From Clostridia bacterium (GTDB taxonomy: Bacteria; Bacillota; Clostridia; RUG12999), in the NCBI GenBank assembly GCA_045534775.1, contig JAZSKI010000049.1, positions 9,254-73,253 on the forward strand: a stretch of DNA of 64,000 bases, written 5' to 3'. Every line of letters begins with the position of its first letter. Position 1 is the stretch's first letter. Below the pieces are notes generated by a model that ran no database searches, was not told the origin of the DNA, and worked only from the letters and a program-made list of their open reading frames with translations. This document shows positions 19,366-29,195 of this stretch, one piece after another. The translations under genes and the position numbers were made by a program.

Positions 19366-19731
19366 TCAAACCTTTTTAGGCTGATACAGCCCGACCGGCT
19401 CTCTGTTTCTGTACTCGTGTTTCTCGTAGTAGCCTATCAGAGTTCCGTCATCATCACGAAGTGCTACCATATAGACATCCTTGTTTTCTTCATCATTACG
19501 ATAGGTATAGATAATATTGTTACTCTTTCCTTCCTTAAACCACGCAAGGACCTTATCTATCATCTCGTTTGCCTTCTGCGTATGGCAGTCTCTTATGCTG
19601 CTGCCCGTCAAATTCTTGCGGTACCTCGCTATAGCCGACGGATTCATATATACAATTTTGTCATTCATATCGCAAATAACAACAGGTGCCGTATCCGCTT
19701 CAAGTACACTTTTTAATAATTTGTTTAACAT
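19366..19731 (-). CDS. small stand-alone PAS-domain protein
   Basis: PAS-fold pattern (VVICDMNDKIVYMNPSA...DGTLIGY). The start is placed at the second Met (19731), which has the RBS AGGAGGG 5 nt upstream. The track start is 19746. Confidence 0.55.
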   Translation of the reverse strand: MLNKLLKSVLEADTAPVVICDMNDKIVYMNPSAIARYRKNLTGSSIRDCHTQKANEMIDKVLAWFKEGKSNNIIYTYRNDEENKDVYMVALRDDDGTLIGYYEKHEYRNREPVGLYQPKKV

Positions 19732-19795
19732 CTTGTCCCTCCTCATTTTTTATTGTTTTGAATAAAAGCCTCTTGTTTAATTTTATCCGATGCTT

Positions 19796-20470
19796 TTATT
19801 TCAGACTTTTCAGATATTCCTTTTGCCTGTCCGTAATCCGATGGCTTTCCGCCGCCTTTTGGATTGTCTTGTTATGTACCCATTGGGGCAGGCTCTTGTT
19901 TTCTATATACCTAACAGCCGTATCATACTGTTTTACAAGTGCTGCCTGAAAATACCACGCCATCATCATATTGACATAGTATTCCTCCGACCTGATGTTT
20001 GCAACCATATCGGTGTATTCCTTCCTGAAGCTACAGTCCAGAAAATGCGTCATAAGCATACCTATTGCAAAACGTACTGTATACGGTTTATCCGATTTGA
20101 GCCATTCTTTAATTTTAATCAACAGCTGAGGCAGATTGTTCTTAAATGCCGCAGGTCTGAAACCGTCGCAGGTTGCCCAGTTATCTATCCACGGTAAAAA
20201 CCTTTCCGTCTCCGCCATACAGCTGTCATAATTCTTTATCTGCATTATCAAAAATGCGTGAAGGTTATTTTCTTCGTAGTATTTATGAGGCAGGCTGTCT
20301 AAAAATTCCCCGTATTCTTCCCTTTTAAAAAGCTCCTTAGCAAGTCGTTTAAGCTCAGGCACTCTCACTCCTATTACCCATTCTTTATCAACAGTCGGCA
20401 TAAGCCCGGAGTGAAAATCGCGGTATTTTAAGTCCTGCAAGCTAAATAATTCTTTTTGTATGCTTTTCAT
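19796..20470 (-). CDS. DNA alkylation repair enzyme (AlkD/AlkC HEAT-like repeat family)
   Basis: 224 aa. Family signature residues are present (WVIGVRVPELKRLAKEL...WATCD). Confidence 0.8.
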   Translation of the reverse strand: MKSIQKELFSLQDLKYRDFHSGLMPTVDKEWVIGVRVPELKRLAKELFKREEYGEFLDSLPHKYYEENNLHAFLIMQIKNYDSCMAETERFLPWIDNWATCDGFRPAAFKNNLPQLLIKIKEWLKSDKPYTVRFAIGMLMTHFLDCSFRKEYTDMVANIRSEEYYVNMMMAWYFQAALVKQYDTAVRYIENKSLPQWVHNKTIQKAAESHRITDRQKEYLKSLK

Positions 20471-20496
20471 TTTTACCTCAATGCTTTAAAATTTCT

Positions 20497-21239
20497 TTAA
20501 TTTTCAATCAAAAAGTCCGATTTTGCGGTTTGCCTGAATTTTATGGGCGATACGCCTTTTATTTTTTTGAAAATACGGCTGAAATAGGCAGCGGCAGAAT
20601 AACCCAGCATTTCCGAAATTTCTTCTATGCTGTAATCGGTGTTTGCCAGCAAATTTTCGGCTTTTTCTGTTTTTCTGAAATTTATATACTCACTGACTGT
20701 ACAGTGATAATAGCTGTGAAACAACCTGTACAGAGAGCTTTTTGAAATATATGTCGCTTGCGCAACCTTCGTTGCCGAAAGAGGTTTAAAAATATTTTCA
20801 TTTATATACATGGTTGCTTTTTCGATATTTTTATCCGACTTCGGTTTCATGATATTTTCAAGTAATATGTATTTTGCCAGCATAACGCCAACTGTGGTTA
20901 TACTTCGGATTTTCGCATCTTCAACCATCTCAAGGCTGTCATAGTATTCCTGTAGCTTCGGGTTTGTGCAAAAGCCTTTTCCAGTTTTTATCTGACCCAT
21001 AATAACATATCCTATAATTATGCCTTCATGGATGATTGGCACAGCAATGTCCGTAAGCCCTGCGTGGCAGATATGGCGTTCAGGCTTTTTGCTTTCCCCG
21101 CATCGCCGCAAAAGCTTTATATCAGAGCTACTGCAGGCACGCCTTCCCTCCGGCGTTTCCTGAATTTTTCTGCAATAGTCATTGGAAACGATGCTTTTTT
21201 TATATTTGAGTATATTAAATCATTATAATCAACTATCAT
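20497..21239 (-). CDS. AraC-family regulator with N-terminal PocR sensory domain; apparent -1 frameshift in a T7 run
   Basis: C-terminal AraC HTH. The PocR motifs DYCRKIQETPEGRRACSSSD and HICHAGL are present. The frame opens without an ATG. The true start MIVDYNDLIYSNIKK is at 21239 in another frame. The two frames join if the T7 run at 21195-21201 is T8. The gene lies 26 nt upstream of alkD. Confidence 0.6.
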
Positions 21240-21255
21240 TTTTATCACCCTTTAA

Positions 21256-21284
21256 ATTATACACCATTATATTATTTTTTGCAA
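21256..21284 (-). promoter_or_regulatory. sigma-A promoter TTGCAA-17-TATAAT (minus strand) for the PocR/AraC gene
   Basis: The reverse complement reads aaagctaTTGCAAaaaataatataatggtgTATAAT. It shares the 15-mer AAAGCTATTGCAAAA with the MATE promoter. Confidence 0.4.
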
Positions 21285-21362
21285 TAGCTTTTCCTCAAAA
21301 GTTTTCACAAAATTGGAATATAGTGCAAAAAAATAAAAATTTTTAATATTGTAGAATCTTTT

Positions 21363-22240
21363 TTGTTATGTTATACTTTAGGTAATACTGAAAAAAGATG
21401 TGTCTCTATGAATATATATAATGTAAATGAAACGTCATATCATACGGAAGATTATAAAATCAAAATCAACGGCATTGAGGTTACTCCCGATACGGCGAGG
21501 GTTTTTGCCGTTTTCTTCAACAGACGCCGGCCCGGTCATCAAAGACAAATTGAGCAGTCGGAGCTTGTAAATTTTGTTTCATTTTCCTGCTATGGTGAAG
21601 CTGTTATTGAAGTTACTCCTGCGGAAAACTTTGAAAGCTATGTTATAAGACCGAAATCTCTTGGTTTTAAGTCCCGCATTACCGAAAGCGGCAGTATTGA
21701 AATTATAATGACACGGCCTGCATATTTTACCGTTGAGCCTTTTGGAAGAAGAAATGCACTTCACGTATTTGCCGACCCCGAAAAAGCTTACGAAAAGGAT
21801 GAAAATACTATTAATTTCGGCAAAGGCGTTCATGATAAATATGGATTGCGCCGATGTCCATGATATAACCTATGAAAATATCAACGTGGAATTTGATGAG
21901 CTAATTCCTCAGCCTGTGCTTTAGCAGACCGATAGTGAGGTTTATAAAAACCCCAATCCTGACTATGCTCCTCCCCTTATTCCTTCGGAGGTTGTTTTCC
22001 ATTACGAATATTCGGCAGGCGGCAAAAGACGCGGCAAAAACAGAAGGCTTAAGCTTAAAAACATTCATCTTTTCGGCAGACAAAAGCCTATTATTCATTT
22101 TGAAGGCTACGACCATGAACACGGCTGTGATGATATTACTGTTTCAGGGTTGTTCCGGAATGAGAAAAAAATAACCGATTTAAACGAAACCGAAATGACC
22201 GCAAACGAATTTTGCAGAAATATTACGTTAAAATAACGTT
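21363..22240 (+). pseudogene. degraded glycoside-hydrolase-like gene (possibly right-handed beta-helix / GH28-like), pieces in three frames
   Basis: Recognisable fragments are NIYNVNETSYHTEDYKIKINGIEVTPDTARV..., then DCADVHDITYENINVEFDE in a second frame, then IHLFGRQKPIIHFEGYDHEHGCDDITVSGLFRNEK in a third frame. The total is far shorter than any intact family member. The family assignment is tentative. Confidence 0.35.
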
Positions 22241-22287
22241 GCTTTCTGCCTATAAAAATTTCATATTAAAATAGGAGGTAATTTAAA

Positions 22288-24187
22288 ATGAAAGAAATTA
22301 TTGTTCCGGTTGTATATAACACCGTCGACCGTTGCGGACGCAAGGAAATTACAGACGCTCTTAAGCAAGCGAATGTGTCCCGCGTTTTTATAGGGTTTGG
22401 TCAGTATTTTTACGATGAAAAAACGTCTGGAATCCTTTAAAATCCTTAAAGAAAGTATTGATTATTTTAAAAACCAAGGCTTTAAGGTCGGTGTGTGGCA
22501 TTGGTCCTTCTGGATAAAGGATTTTAGCCCTTTTACCATGATAACAGGTGCAGACGGCAAGGTATCCTCCGGCTTTACCTGTCCCTTTGATAATGATTTT
22601 ATAAAATTTGCCGGTGATTTTACTAAAGAGTTAGCCCATTTAGGTATTGACTCAATTCTCCTTGACGATGACTACCGTTTCGGTCATTTAGATGTTGCAA
22701 ACGGCTGTATGTGTGACAAGCATCTGACAAAAATCAGAGAAATTTCAGGTGAAGAAATAAGCCGTGAGGAGCTTAGTAAAAAAATTCTTGTAGGCGGTAA
22801 AAACAAGTGCCGCAGTGCATAGATGCAGGCAAACGACGAATCTTTGATTTCCTTCGCCAAGGAGCTGCGTAAAGCCTTAGATACAGTTGACAGCAGTATC
22901 AGAATGGGATATTGCAGTTGTATGACGAATTGGGATAACGATGGTACTGATCCTGTTTCCATTGCCAAAGCTCTTGCCGGCGATACAATCCCGTTTTTAA
23001 GACTTATCGGTGCTCCCTATTGGCATTATGACAGACTGTTCGATCAGGATTTGCAAGGTGTTATAGAGGTTGAACGATTAAAGCTGACCTGGGCAGGAAA
23101 TCAAGGTGTTGAAATAACCTGCGAGGGTGATGCTTATCCCCATATCAGCCATTATTGCAAGGTCAGCCATATGGAAGTCTTCCACACAGCAATGCTTGCA
23201 GACGGCAGAGCTGATGGTTATATAAAATATATGATAACCTATAACACCTCCCACAAAAGATATAATGAGAAAATAGCTTCTCATATCAGGAATATGCCTT
23301 TATATAAGGATGTTTCGAGAATTTTCGACAATAAGACTGCCGTAGGAGTACGGATTTTTGAGTTCCAGCACAAGCTTGAGAATATGGACTTGCCTGAGGA
23401 ATATTGCGGAAATGAAAAAATTGCTCATCTCGTATTCTCACAGGGAGCAAAAGCAATGGCGGCTCTCAGTATTCCTACAACCTATGATGAAACTGAATGT
23501 CCCGGTGTTATTTTTGGTGAAAATGCAAAATATGTAACAGAGGAAAATCTTAAATACGGTGCGATTTTAGACCTTGATGCCGCCAAAATTCTTGAAAAGC
23601 GCGGTATAGATACAGAGCTTGCAAAAATTGGAGAAAGCCTTAACGCCAACGGCGGCGGTGTCGATTCTGCAGAGGAATATTATGTGACTGAAGACGACTA
23701 TGCAAAGTGTTTCGGACGGTTTGATGCCTTTGCTACTGAGCTGAAGGAAGGGGCAACAGTAGAAAGCTATTATGTCATAGATGAGAAAAAGCTCCCTAAC
23801 GTATATACCTATGAAAACAAAGATGGACTGCGTTTTCTTGTGATAGCCGTTAAAATGTTTTCTTCCGATGACAGAGTATTCAAACATATTTTAAGACAGC
23901 TGCAATTTATCCGCTATATTGAGTGTATAAGCAGAAAGCCGTTGCCTGCTGTGTGCAGTGAGCATCCCGAGCTTTATATGATGGTGAAGCGAAATGGAAA
24001 AGAACCCGCAGTGGAGTTATGGAATTTGTCCGATGACGGTATTGAAAGCCCCATCATCATGGATAAAAATATAGAAAATGCAGAATTTATAAATTGCGCC
24101 GGTAGCTTCAAAGAAAATATCGTAAATATTTCTCCCTTGCAGCCGCACAGCTTTGCATTTTTTAATATTACGGAGGAATTAGTGTGA
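22288..24187 (+). pseudogene. hydrolase-like (TIM-barrel-like) gene interrupted by a homopolymer frameshift and an in-frame TAG
   Basis: ATG 22288 (RBS TAGGAGGT) opens a 50-codon frame ending at TAA 22438. A TTG at 22397 opens an overlapping frame that continues the protein if the A6 run at 22418-22423 is A5. That frame ends at TAG 22820-22822, immediately followed by in-frame ATG 22823 and a 454-aa ORF. Confidence 0.5.
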
Positions 24188-25035
24188 ATTTTTTAATACT
24201 TTCGGTTATAGTTTTAAGTGTTTCTTCCCGGAATATTTTCCGAAAAATATATTCTGACAAACGAGGAAAGGAAAATATTTACATATTTAATATGGTGGCG
24301 GCTATTACATCTATAATCTTTTTCCTTTTATGGTCAAGAGGAAATTTGAAATTTGATTTAACCACCACCTTATATGCTGTCGGCTTCGGTATTTGTTTTC
24401 TTACCTGTATGACAGGAATGGGCTTTGCCATCAAATACGGATCTTTGTCCCTTACTTCACTTGTGTTGTCTTATTCCCTGATAATACCGACTCTACACGG
24501 CATCATCTTTTTAAAAGAAGCTGTAAAGCCTGCTCTTATCATAGGTCTTTTACTACTTTTAGCTTCTTTATATTTAATAAACAAGAGCGATGAAAAGTCA
24601 AAAATCACTCTGAAATGGGGCGTATTTGCACTTTTGGCATTTTTAGGCAATGGTGGCTGTTCAACCGTTCAAAAAATGCAACAGGTTGCTTGCGGCGGTA
24701 ACTATAAAAATGAATTTATGATATTTGCCATGCTAGTGGTTGCTGTCGTTATGGCAGTAAAGGGACTCCTTATAGACCGCGATTTTGAACAGCTTTCTTT
24801 TAAAAACGGCGGCATTTGTGCCCCTGCTTACGGCTGTGCTAACGCCCTTGCCAACCTGCTTGTAATGGTTCTTTCAGGTTTAATGTCATCATCACTTATG
24901 TTCCCCACCATATCAGGCGGGGGTATAATCGTCACATGGATAGTTTCAAAATTTTTCTTTAAAGAAAAACTCACCACTATGCAAAACGCAGGAGTAATCC
25001 TCGGCATAGCGGCGGTAGTAATACTAAGCATATAA
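24184..25035 (+). CDS. DMT/EamA-like 10-TM transporter
   Basis: 283 aa, hydrophobic. The GTG start overlaps the upstream stop (GTGTGA), indicating coupling with the hydrolase-like gene. Confidence 0.65.
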   Translation: MNFLILSVIVLSVSSRNIFRKIYSDKRGKENIYIFNMVAAITSIIFFLLWSRGNLKFDLTTTLYAVGFGICFLTCMTGMGFAIKYGSLSLTSLVLSYSLIIPTLHGIIFLKEAVKPALIIGLLLLLASLYLINKSDEKSKITLKWGVFALLAFLGNGGCSTVQKMQQVACGGNYKNEFMIFAMLVVAVVMAVKGLLIDRDFEQLSFKNGGICAPAYGCANALANLLVMVLSGLMSSSLMFPTISGGGIIVTWIVSKFFFKEKLTTMQNAGVILGIAAVVILSI

Positions 25036-25057
25036 AGTTTTGATGTGATATAAGACA

Positions 25058-25096
25058 TTTGCAGGGGCGATTCGTGAATCGCCCCTGCAAAAATTT
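25058..25096. terminator. bidirectional rho-independent terminator between the convergent transporter gene and queA
   Basis: GCAGGGGCGattcgtgaatCGCCCCTGC at 25061-25088, with T-rich flanks. Confidence 0.65.
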
Positions 25097-25099
25097 CTT

Positions 25100-26125
25100 T
25101 TATATTATCAGCATCGCATCTCCGAAGCTGAAAAATCTGTATTTTTCTTCTACCGCTTGTTTATAGGCTTTCATAGTGGTTTCGTAGCCTGCAAAGGCGC
25201 TTACCAGCATTATAAGCGTAGATTTCGGCAGATGGAAATTTGTGATTATGGCATCGGGGATTTTGAATTCATAGCCGGGATAAATAAAAATATTTGTACT
25301 GCTGCTACCCGGTACTATATGTCCTTTCCTGTCCGCCGCCGATTCAAGACTGCGGCAGGAGGTTGTCCCTACGGCGATTACTCTTCCTCCCTGTGCTTTT
25401 GTTTTGTTTATCAGCTCCGCCGCTTCTTCCGATACGGTATAATATTCTCTGTGCATTTCGTGATCCTCTACGTTTTCCGTCTTGACGGGTCTGAATGTTC
25501 CGAGCCCCACGTGGAGGGTAAGATAAGCGATATTTACACCCATTTCTTTTATTTCCTCAAGGAGCTTATCCGTAAAATGCAGACCTGCCGTAGGAGCCGC
25601 TGCCGAGCCTTCATTTTTGGCATATACCGTCTGGTATCTTTCCTTATCTTCTAATTTTTCCGTTATATAATGCGGCAAGGGCATTTCGCCCAGCTCATCT
25701 AAAATTGTTTCAAATACACCATCATATTCAAAGGTTACTATTCTGTCGCCGTCATCCTTTACCTCGGCGATTTCCGCCTTAAGCCTGCCGTCGCCGAATA
25801 CTACGCGGTGACCCTCTTTCAGTCTTCTGCCGGGGCGCACTATAGACTCCCACTGTGTCTGCGAGAGGCGTTTTAATAATAAAAATTCCACCTCTGTACC
25901 GCTGTCCTCACGGCGACCATAAAGTCTTGCGGGAATAACTCTGGTATCATTTAAAACCAGACAATCGCCTTTTTTCAGCATTGACTTTATATCGGCAAAA
26001 TGCTTGTTTTCCACCTCGCCCGTAGTACGACTTACACACATAAGCCTCGAAGCATCACGCTGTTTAAGCGGTGTTTGTGCTATCAGCTCCTGAGGAAGCT
26101 CGTAATCAAAAATTTCTAATTTCAT
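25100..26125 (-). CDS. queA: S-adenosylmethionine:tRNA ribosyltransferase-isomerase
   Basis: 341 aa. N-terminus [20 protein letters not shown]. Confidence 0.9.
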   Translation of the reverse strand: MKLEIFDYELPQELIAQTPLKQRDASRLMCVSRTTGEVENKHFADIKSMLKKGDCLVLNDTRVIPARLYGRREDSGTEVEFLLLKRLSQTQWESIVRPGRRLKEGHRVVFGDGRLKAEIAEVKDDGDRIVTFEYDGVFETILDELGEMPLPHYITEKLEDKERYQTVYAKNEGSAAAPTAGLHFTDKLLEEIKEMGVNIAYLTLHVGLGTFRPVKTENVEDHEMHREYYTVSEEAAELINKTKAQGGRVIAVGTTSCRSLESAADRKGHIVPGSSSTNIFIYPGYEFKIPDAIITNFHLPKSTLIMLVSAFAGYETTMKAYKQAVEEKYRFFSFGDAMLII

Positions 26126-27882
26126 TTCATCATCCCATTAATTTTATTTTCATCAGGTGTAATATATACCGTTTTATAATCCGTATATATTACCATACCC
26201 GGTTTTGCTCCCGATGGTTTTTTTACATATTTTATTGTGGTATAATCCACCGGCACATTCCCCGATTTTCTTGCCCTTGAATGATAGGCGGCAAGAGCCG
26301 CCGCTTCCTCTATGGTAGTATCGGGGACGCTTTTTTTATCCGTTATAATAACCGTATGAGAGCCGGGAATGTTTTTGGTATGGAACCAAATGTCGTGGTT
26401 TTTAGCTATTTTCAGGGTCAGATTGTCATTTTGCCTGTTGTTTCTGCCAACTAAAATTTCAAACCCGTCACTGCTTATATATCTGTCGGGCATAGACGGC
26501 TTTTCCTTTTTGCCTTTACCTTTATTTTTAATCCTGATATAGCCTTCTTCCTCCAGCTCAATTTTTATTTCGCCCAGCACCTTGACATCCTCGCAATTTT
26601 CAAGGTTGCACAAAACCGTTTCAAGATATTCAATATCCGCAAGTGATTGTTTCAGCTGGACTGCCGCCGCCTGAGCCGTACTTTTAAGTTTATTATATTT
26701 CCCGTAATATTTCTGCGCATTTTCCGAAGGAGTAAGCTCGCCTTCGAGGGGTATTTCTACAATTTTCCCTTCATCAAAATAATTTTCCAGCACAGCTCTT
26801 TTATCGCCCTTTTGAATGCGGTAAATATTTGCCGTTATTAAATCACCGCAAAATCTGTAATAATCGCACTTATCCGCTTCATCTACAGCTTGCTGCTGTA
26901 AAACAGCCTTCTTTCTGCAGCGTTGAAGTAAATTTGTAACAGTTTTAATTGTATCGGCACTTTTTTGTGCAAATCTGCTGCGGCGTTCACGCTCGCCGTA
27001 AAAGCTGTCGGGATATACTGCAAGTAGAGGTATTTTCTCAATTTTACCGTATTGTGTAAGCTCAATTGCTGAAAAATCAAGAGGTTTGCCCGTATCGTCA
27101 AACACTACAGACGGAGTGAAGCATCCGTCCCTGATTTTCTCAAATTCCTTTAAAATTTCTTCAGCAATTTTCAGAACCTGCGTTCGCGATACCTCCATAT
27201 AAGCTATGTCCGTTATGCCACAGCCGCGATAGACAAATTCTCTTGCAACAGCAGGAGAAATTCCACCGAATTTTTCCAATATATATTTATCGGTTTTCTT
27301 CTCGTTGGGGCAATCAAAAAGTGTTTCCGTTATCTCCTCTGCCGAAATCTCAAAAGGTGAAAGCTTTTCCTGAGCAGGAGGATTTTCATATTCAATCCCC
27401 GGCAAAACCATTCTTACGGAGCTGACAGAAGCATCTACCCTGCGCACACAGTCAACTACTCTTCCTTCACTATTTACGAGAATTATGTTGCTGTGTCTGC
27501 CCATTATCTCTGTAACAAACCTGAAAACTGTTATATCTCCAAGCTCGGTGCGGTTTTCTATCTCAAATTCTATTATGCGTTCTATCCCCAGTTGCTTTAT
27601 ATTTATAATTTTTCCGCCAAGAAGATGCTTTCTCATAAGCATACAAAAAGTCGGTGGGGTCAGCGGATTTTCTCTTGCAACAGATGTCAGATGTACTCTC
27701 GGAATTGAGGGATTGCAGCTGAAAAACACTTTATAATTATTCCCCTGTGACCTTACTGCCATAACAACGCTGTCGCTGTCGGGCATATAAATTTTATCGA
27801 CTCTGCCACCCGTAAGAAGGTTGCAAAGCTCGTGGGTAATACAACCTACCGTTATTCCGTCAAATGCCATTTCATCCTCCAT
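26122..27882 (-). CDS. rqcH: ribosome quality control protein RqcH (NFACT/FbpA family)
   Basis: 586 aa with NFACT-N, coiled-coil and NFACT-R domains. 4-nt overlap with queA. Confidence 0.85.
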   Translation of the reverse strand: MEDEMAFDGITVGCITHELCNLLTGGRVDKIYMPDSDSVVMAVRSQGNNYKVFFSCNPSIPRVHLTSVARENPLTPPTFCMLMRKHLLGGKIINIKQLGIERIIEFEIENRTELGDITVFRFVTEIMGRHSNIILVNSEGRVVDCVRRVDASVSSVRMVLPGIEYENPPAQEKLSPFEISAEEITETLFDCPNEKKTDKYILEKFGGISPAVAREFVYRGCGITDIAYMEVSRTQVLKIAEEILKEFEKIRDGCFTPSVVFDDTGKPLDFSAIELTQYGKIEKIPLLAVYPDSFYGERERRSRFAQKSADTIKTVTNLLQRCRKKAVLQQQAVDEADKCDYYRFCGDLITANIYRIQKGDKRAVLENYFDEGKIVEIPLEGELTPSENAQKYYGKYNKLKSTAQAAAVQLKQSLADIEYLETVLCNLENCEDVKVLGEIKIELEEEGYIRIKNKGKGKKEKPSMPDRYISSDGFEILVGRNNRQNDNLTLKIAKNHDIWFHTKNIPGSHTVIITDKKSVPDTTIEEAAALAAYHSRARKSGNVPVDYTTIKYVKKPSGAKPGMVIYTDYKTVYITPDENKINGMMK

Positions 27883-27924
27883 TCTGCCACCGTAAACGGC
27901 GGCATATTGTGTCCTTGAACACTT

Positions 27925-28122
27925 TTAGATAACTATCTCGGGCTGGTCTTTTGATGTTTCAACAGCACCGTTAATAAGTACAAAATCCGGATTTGTCTTT
28001 ACTACCGGCATTTCAGGCTCTGTTGCCGCGCCTCTCCATTAAGATGCCTCCTCGCTTTGAGGGTCAGAAACAACCGGAATCACAAAATCGCCGTTTTCTC
28101 TGCATTTAAGAATACGTTTCAT
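27925..28122 (-). other. two tandem in-frame mini-ORFs (27 aa + 28 aa) separated by TAA, upstream of rqcH
   Basis: MKRILKCRENGDFVIPVVSDPQSEEAS, then TAA, then 9 codons, then MPVVKTNPDFVLINGAVETSKDQPEIVI. Both share a PVV / DFV(I/L) motif. A sigma-A promoter lies immediately upstream. Confidence 0.25.
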
Positions 28123-28152
28123 TTATGCCATCTCGAAAATAATAATATTTAT

Positions 28153-28181
28153 TATATGATTTTGTAAAGTTAGGGACAAAA
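28153..28181 (-). promoter_or_regulatory. sigma-A promoter TTGTCC-17-TATAAT (minus strand) upstream of the mini-ORFs and rqcH
   Basis: The reverse complement reads TTGTCCctaactttacaaaatcaTATAAT. Confidence 0.4.
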
Positions 28182-28195
28182 TTTTTTGATCCTTT

Positions 28196-28324
28196 TAAAG
28201 GCTTCCCCTCGAGGGGAAGCTGTCACGAAGTGACTGATGAGGTGTAGCTTGCAAGCAATAGTTGTTTCATTTTCACCTCATCCGAGTTGCTTCGCAACCC
28301 ACCTTCCCCTCAAGGGGAAGGCTT
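28196..28324. repeat. symmetric array of five inverted repeats (two near-identical 20-bp GC-rich palindromes flanking three nested hairpins)
   Basis: A=GCTTCCCCTCGAGGGGAAGC (28200-28219) and A'=CCTTCCCCTCAAGGGGAAGG (28301-28320). B=gtcacgaagtgac (28221-28233) and B'=gttgcttcgcaac (28285-28297). C=gatgaggtg (28235-28243) pairs with C'=cacctcatc (28273-28281) around a 29-nt centre. Confidence 0.5.
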
Positions 28325-28373
28325 TTATCCCTTACATATCAAAGTTTAGAATTCGCGAACGATTTAGATGCCG

Positions 28374-28814
28374 TCAAAAATGTGCCTCATAATAATAAAA
28401 GTTATCTCTGATTTTTTCTGTGTAATATCTGTTATACTGATAATCAGTTGAATATCCTTCCCCATCTTTTTTCAGTAAATCCGTATCACAATACATTGTT
28501 CCGCACCAAATTGCCTTTGGCAAATTGTCTTCCGTATAATAGAAACCATAATCATGTGATGATGGAGCAATACCAAAGCCTCCACAATAAAAATCAATTC
28601 CCTCTTCTGCAATGTCAACAGACTCAATTCTGCTTAAATTCAAAGAATCGGAGAAATCTTGTTCAACAACATCAGAAAGTAATAGTTCATAATTTTCATT
28701 CACAAGTATAAAAATTTCTTCTTTTGCATCTTTATCAAAAAAGACTTTTTTAAATAAGAATGTAATGACTATGACTAAAAGTATTGATAATATAATTTTA
28801 ATTGGTTTTTTCAT
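28374..28814 (-). CDS. hypothetical membrane-anchored (signal-anchor) protein with Tyr/Asn-rich C-terminus
   Basis: 146 aa. N-terminal TM MKKPIKIILSILLVIVITFLF. C-terminus ...YSTDYQYNRYYTEKIRDNFYYYEAHF. Its start abuts the stop of the upstream four-helix-bundle gene. Confidence 0.55.
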   Translation of the reverse strand: MKKPIKIILSILLVIVITFLFKKVFFDKDAKEEIFILVNENYELLLSDVVEQDFSDSLNLSRIESVDIAEEGIDFYCGGFGIAPSSHDYGFYYTEDNLPKAIWCGTMYCDTDLLKKDGEGYSTDYQYNRYYTEKIRDNFYYYEAHF

Positions 28815-29195
28815 TTAATCGCCTTTACTTTGGTTTTCCTTTGCAGTATTTACTGACTTAACAAGCATCCGCCTGATGATGCCACATTCATTCAATAGTT
28901 CCTTTGAAACCACTTCCGTTATGCAGTTTGAACCAACAAGCATTTCAATCCAATACTCAGTTTCTATACATTCTTTTGAGGCAATATGAAACTTGTTTAT
29001 AAAATCAGCTTTGCTTGCTGCACAATTTGCTTCGTGTATATTCGCTCCAATCGATGTTGAGCTACAAATGATTTGATTTATCAAAACACTTCTGCCTTTC
29101 TTCGAATCAATAGCATCGCAAACTGATATGATTTTAAGTGCAAGTTCTTTTGCTCTTTTGCGAAGTTCTGAGTCTTTCATAAATTTGTCCTTCAT
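28815..29195 (-). CDS. four-helix-bundle protein of the 23S rRNA intervening-sequence / Avd-like family (TIGR02436-like)
   Basis: 126 aa. Family signatures ...FINKFHIASKECIETEYWIEML... are present. Confidence 0.7.
   Translation of the reverse strand: MKDKFMKDSELRKRAKELALKIISVCDAIDSKKGRSVLINQIICSSTSIGANIHEANCAASKADFINKFHIASKECIETEYWIEMLVGSNCITEVVSKELLNECGIIRRMLVKSVNTAKENQSKGD

Noticed and set aside
19732-19795. Intrinsic terminator between alkD and the PAS operon
   Set aside because: Only a weak AT-rich stem (AAAAGC...GCTTTT) with a 22-nt loop. This is insufficient to call.
28374-29195. Interpreting the Avd-like four-helix-bundle gene plus the Tyr/Asn-rich protein as a complete diversity-generating retroelement
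   Set aside because: No reverse-transcriptase ORF and no template-repeat/variable-repeat pair could be found in the window. The 146-aa protein is also much smaller than typical CLec-fold DGR targets. Kept only as a speculative remark.
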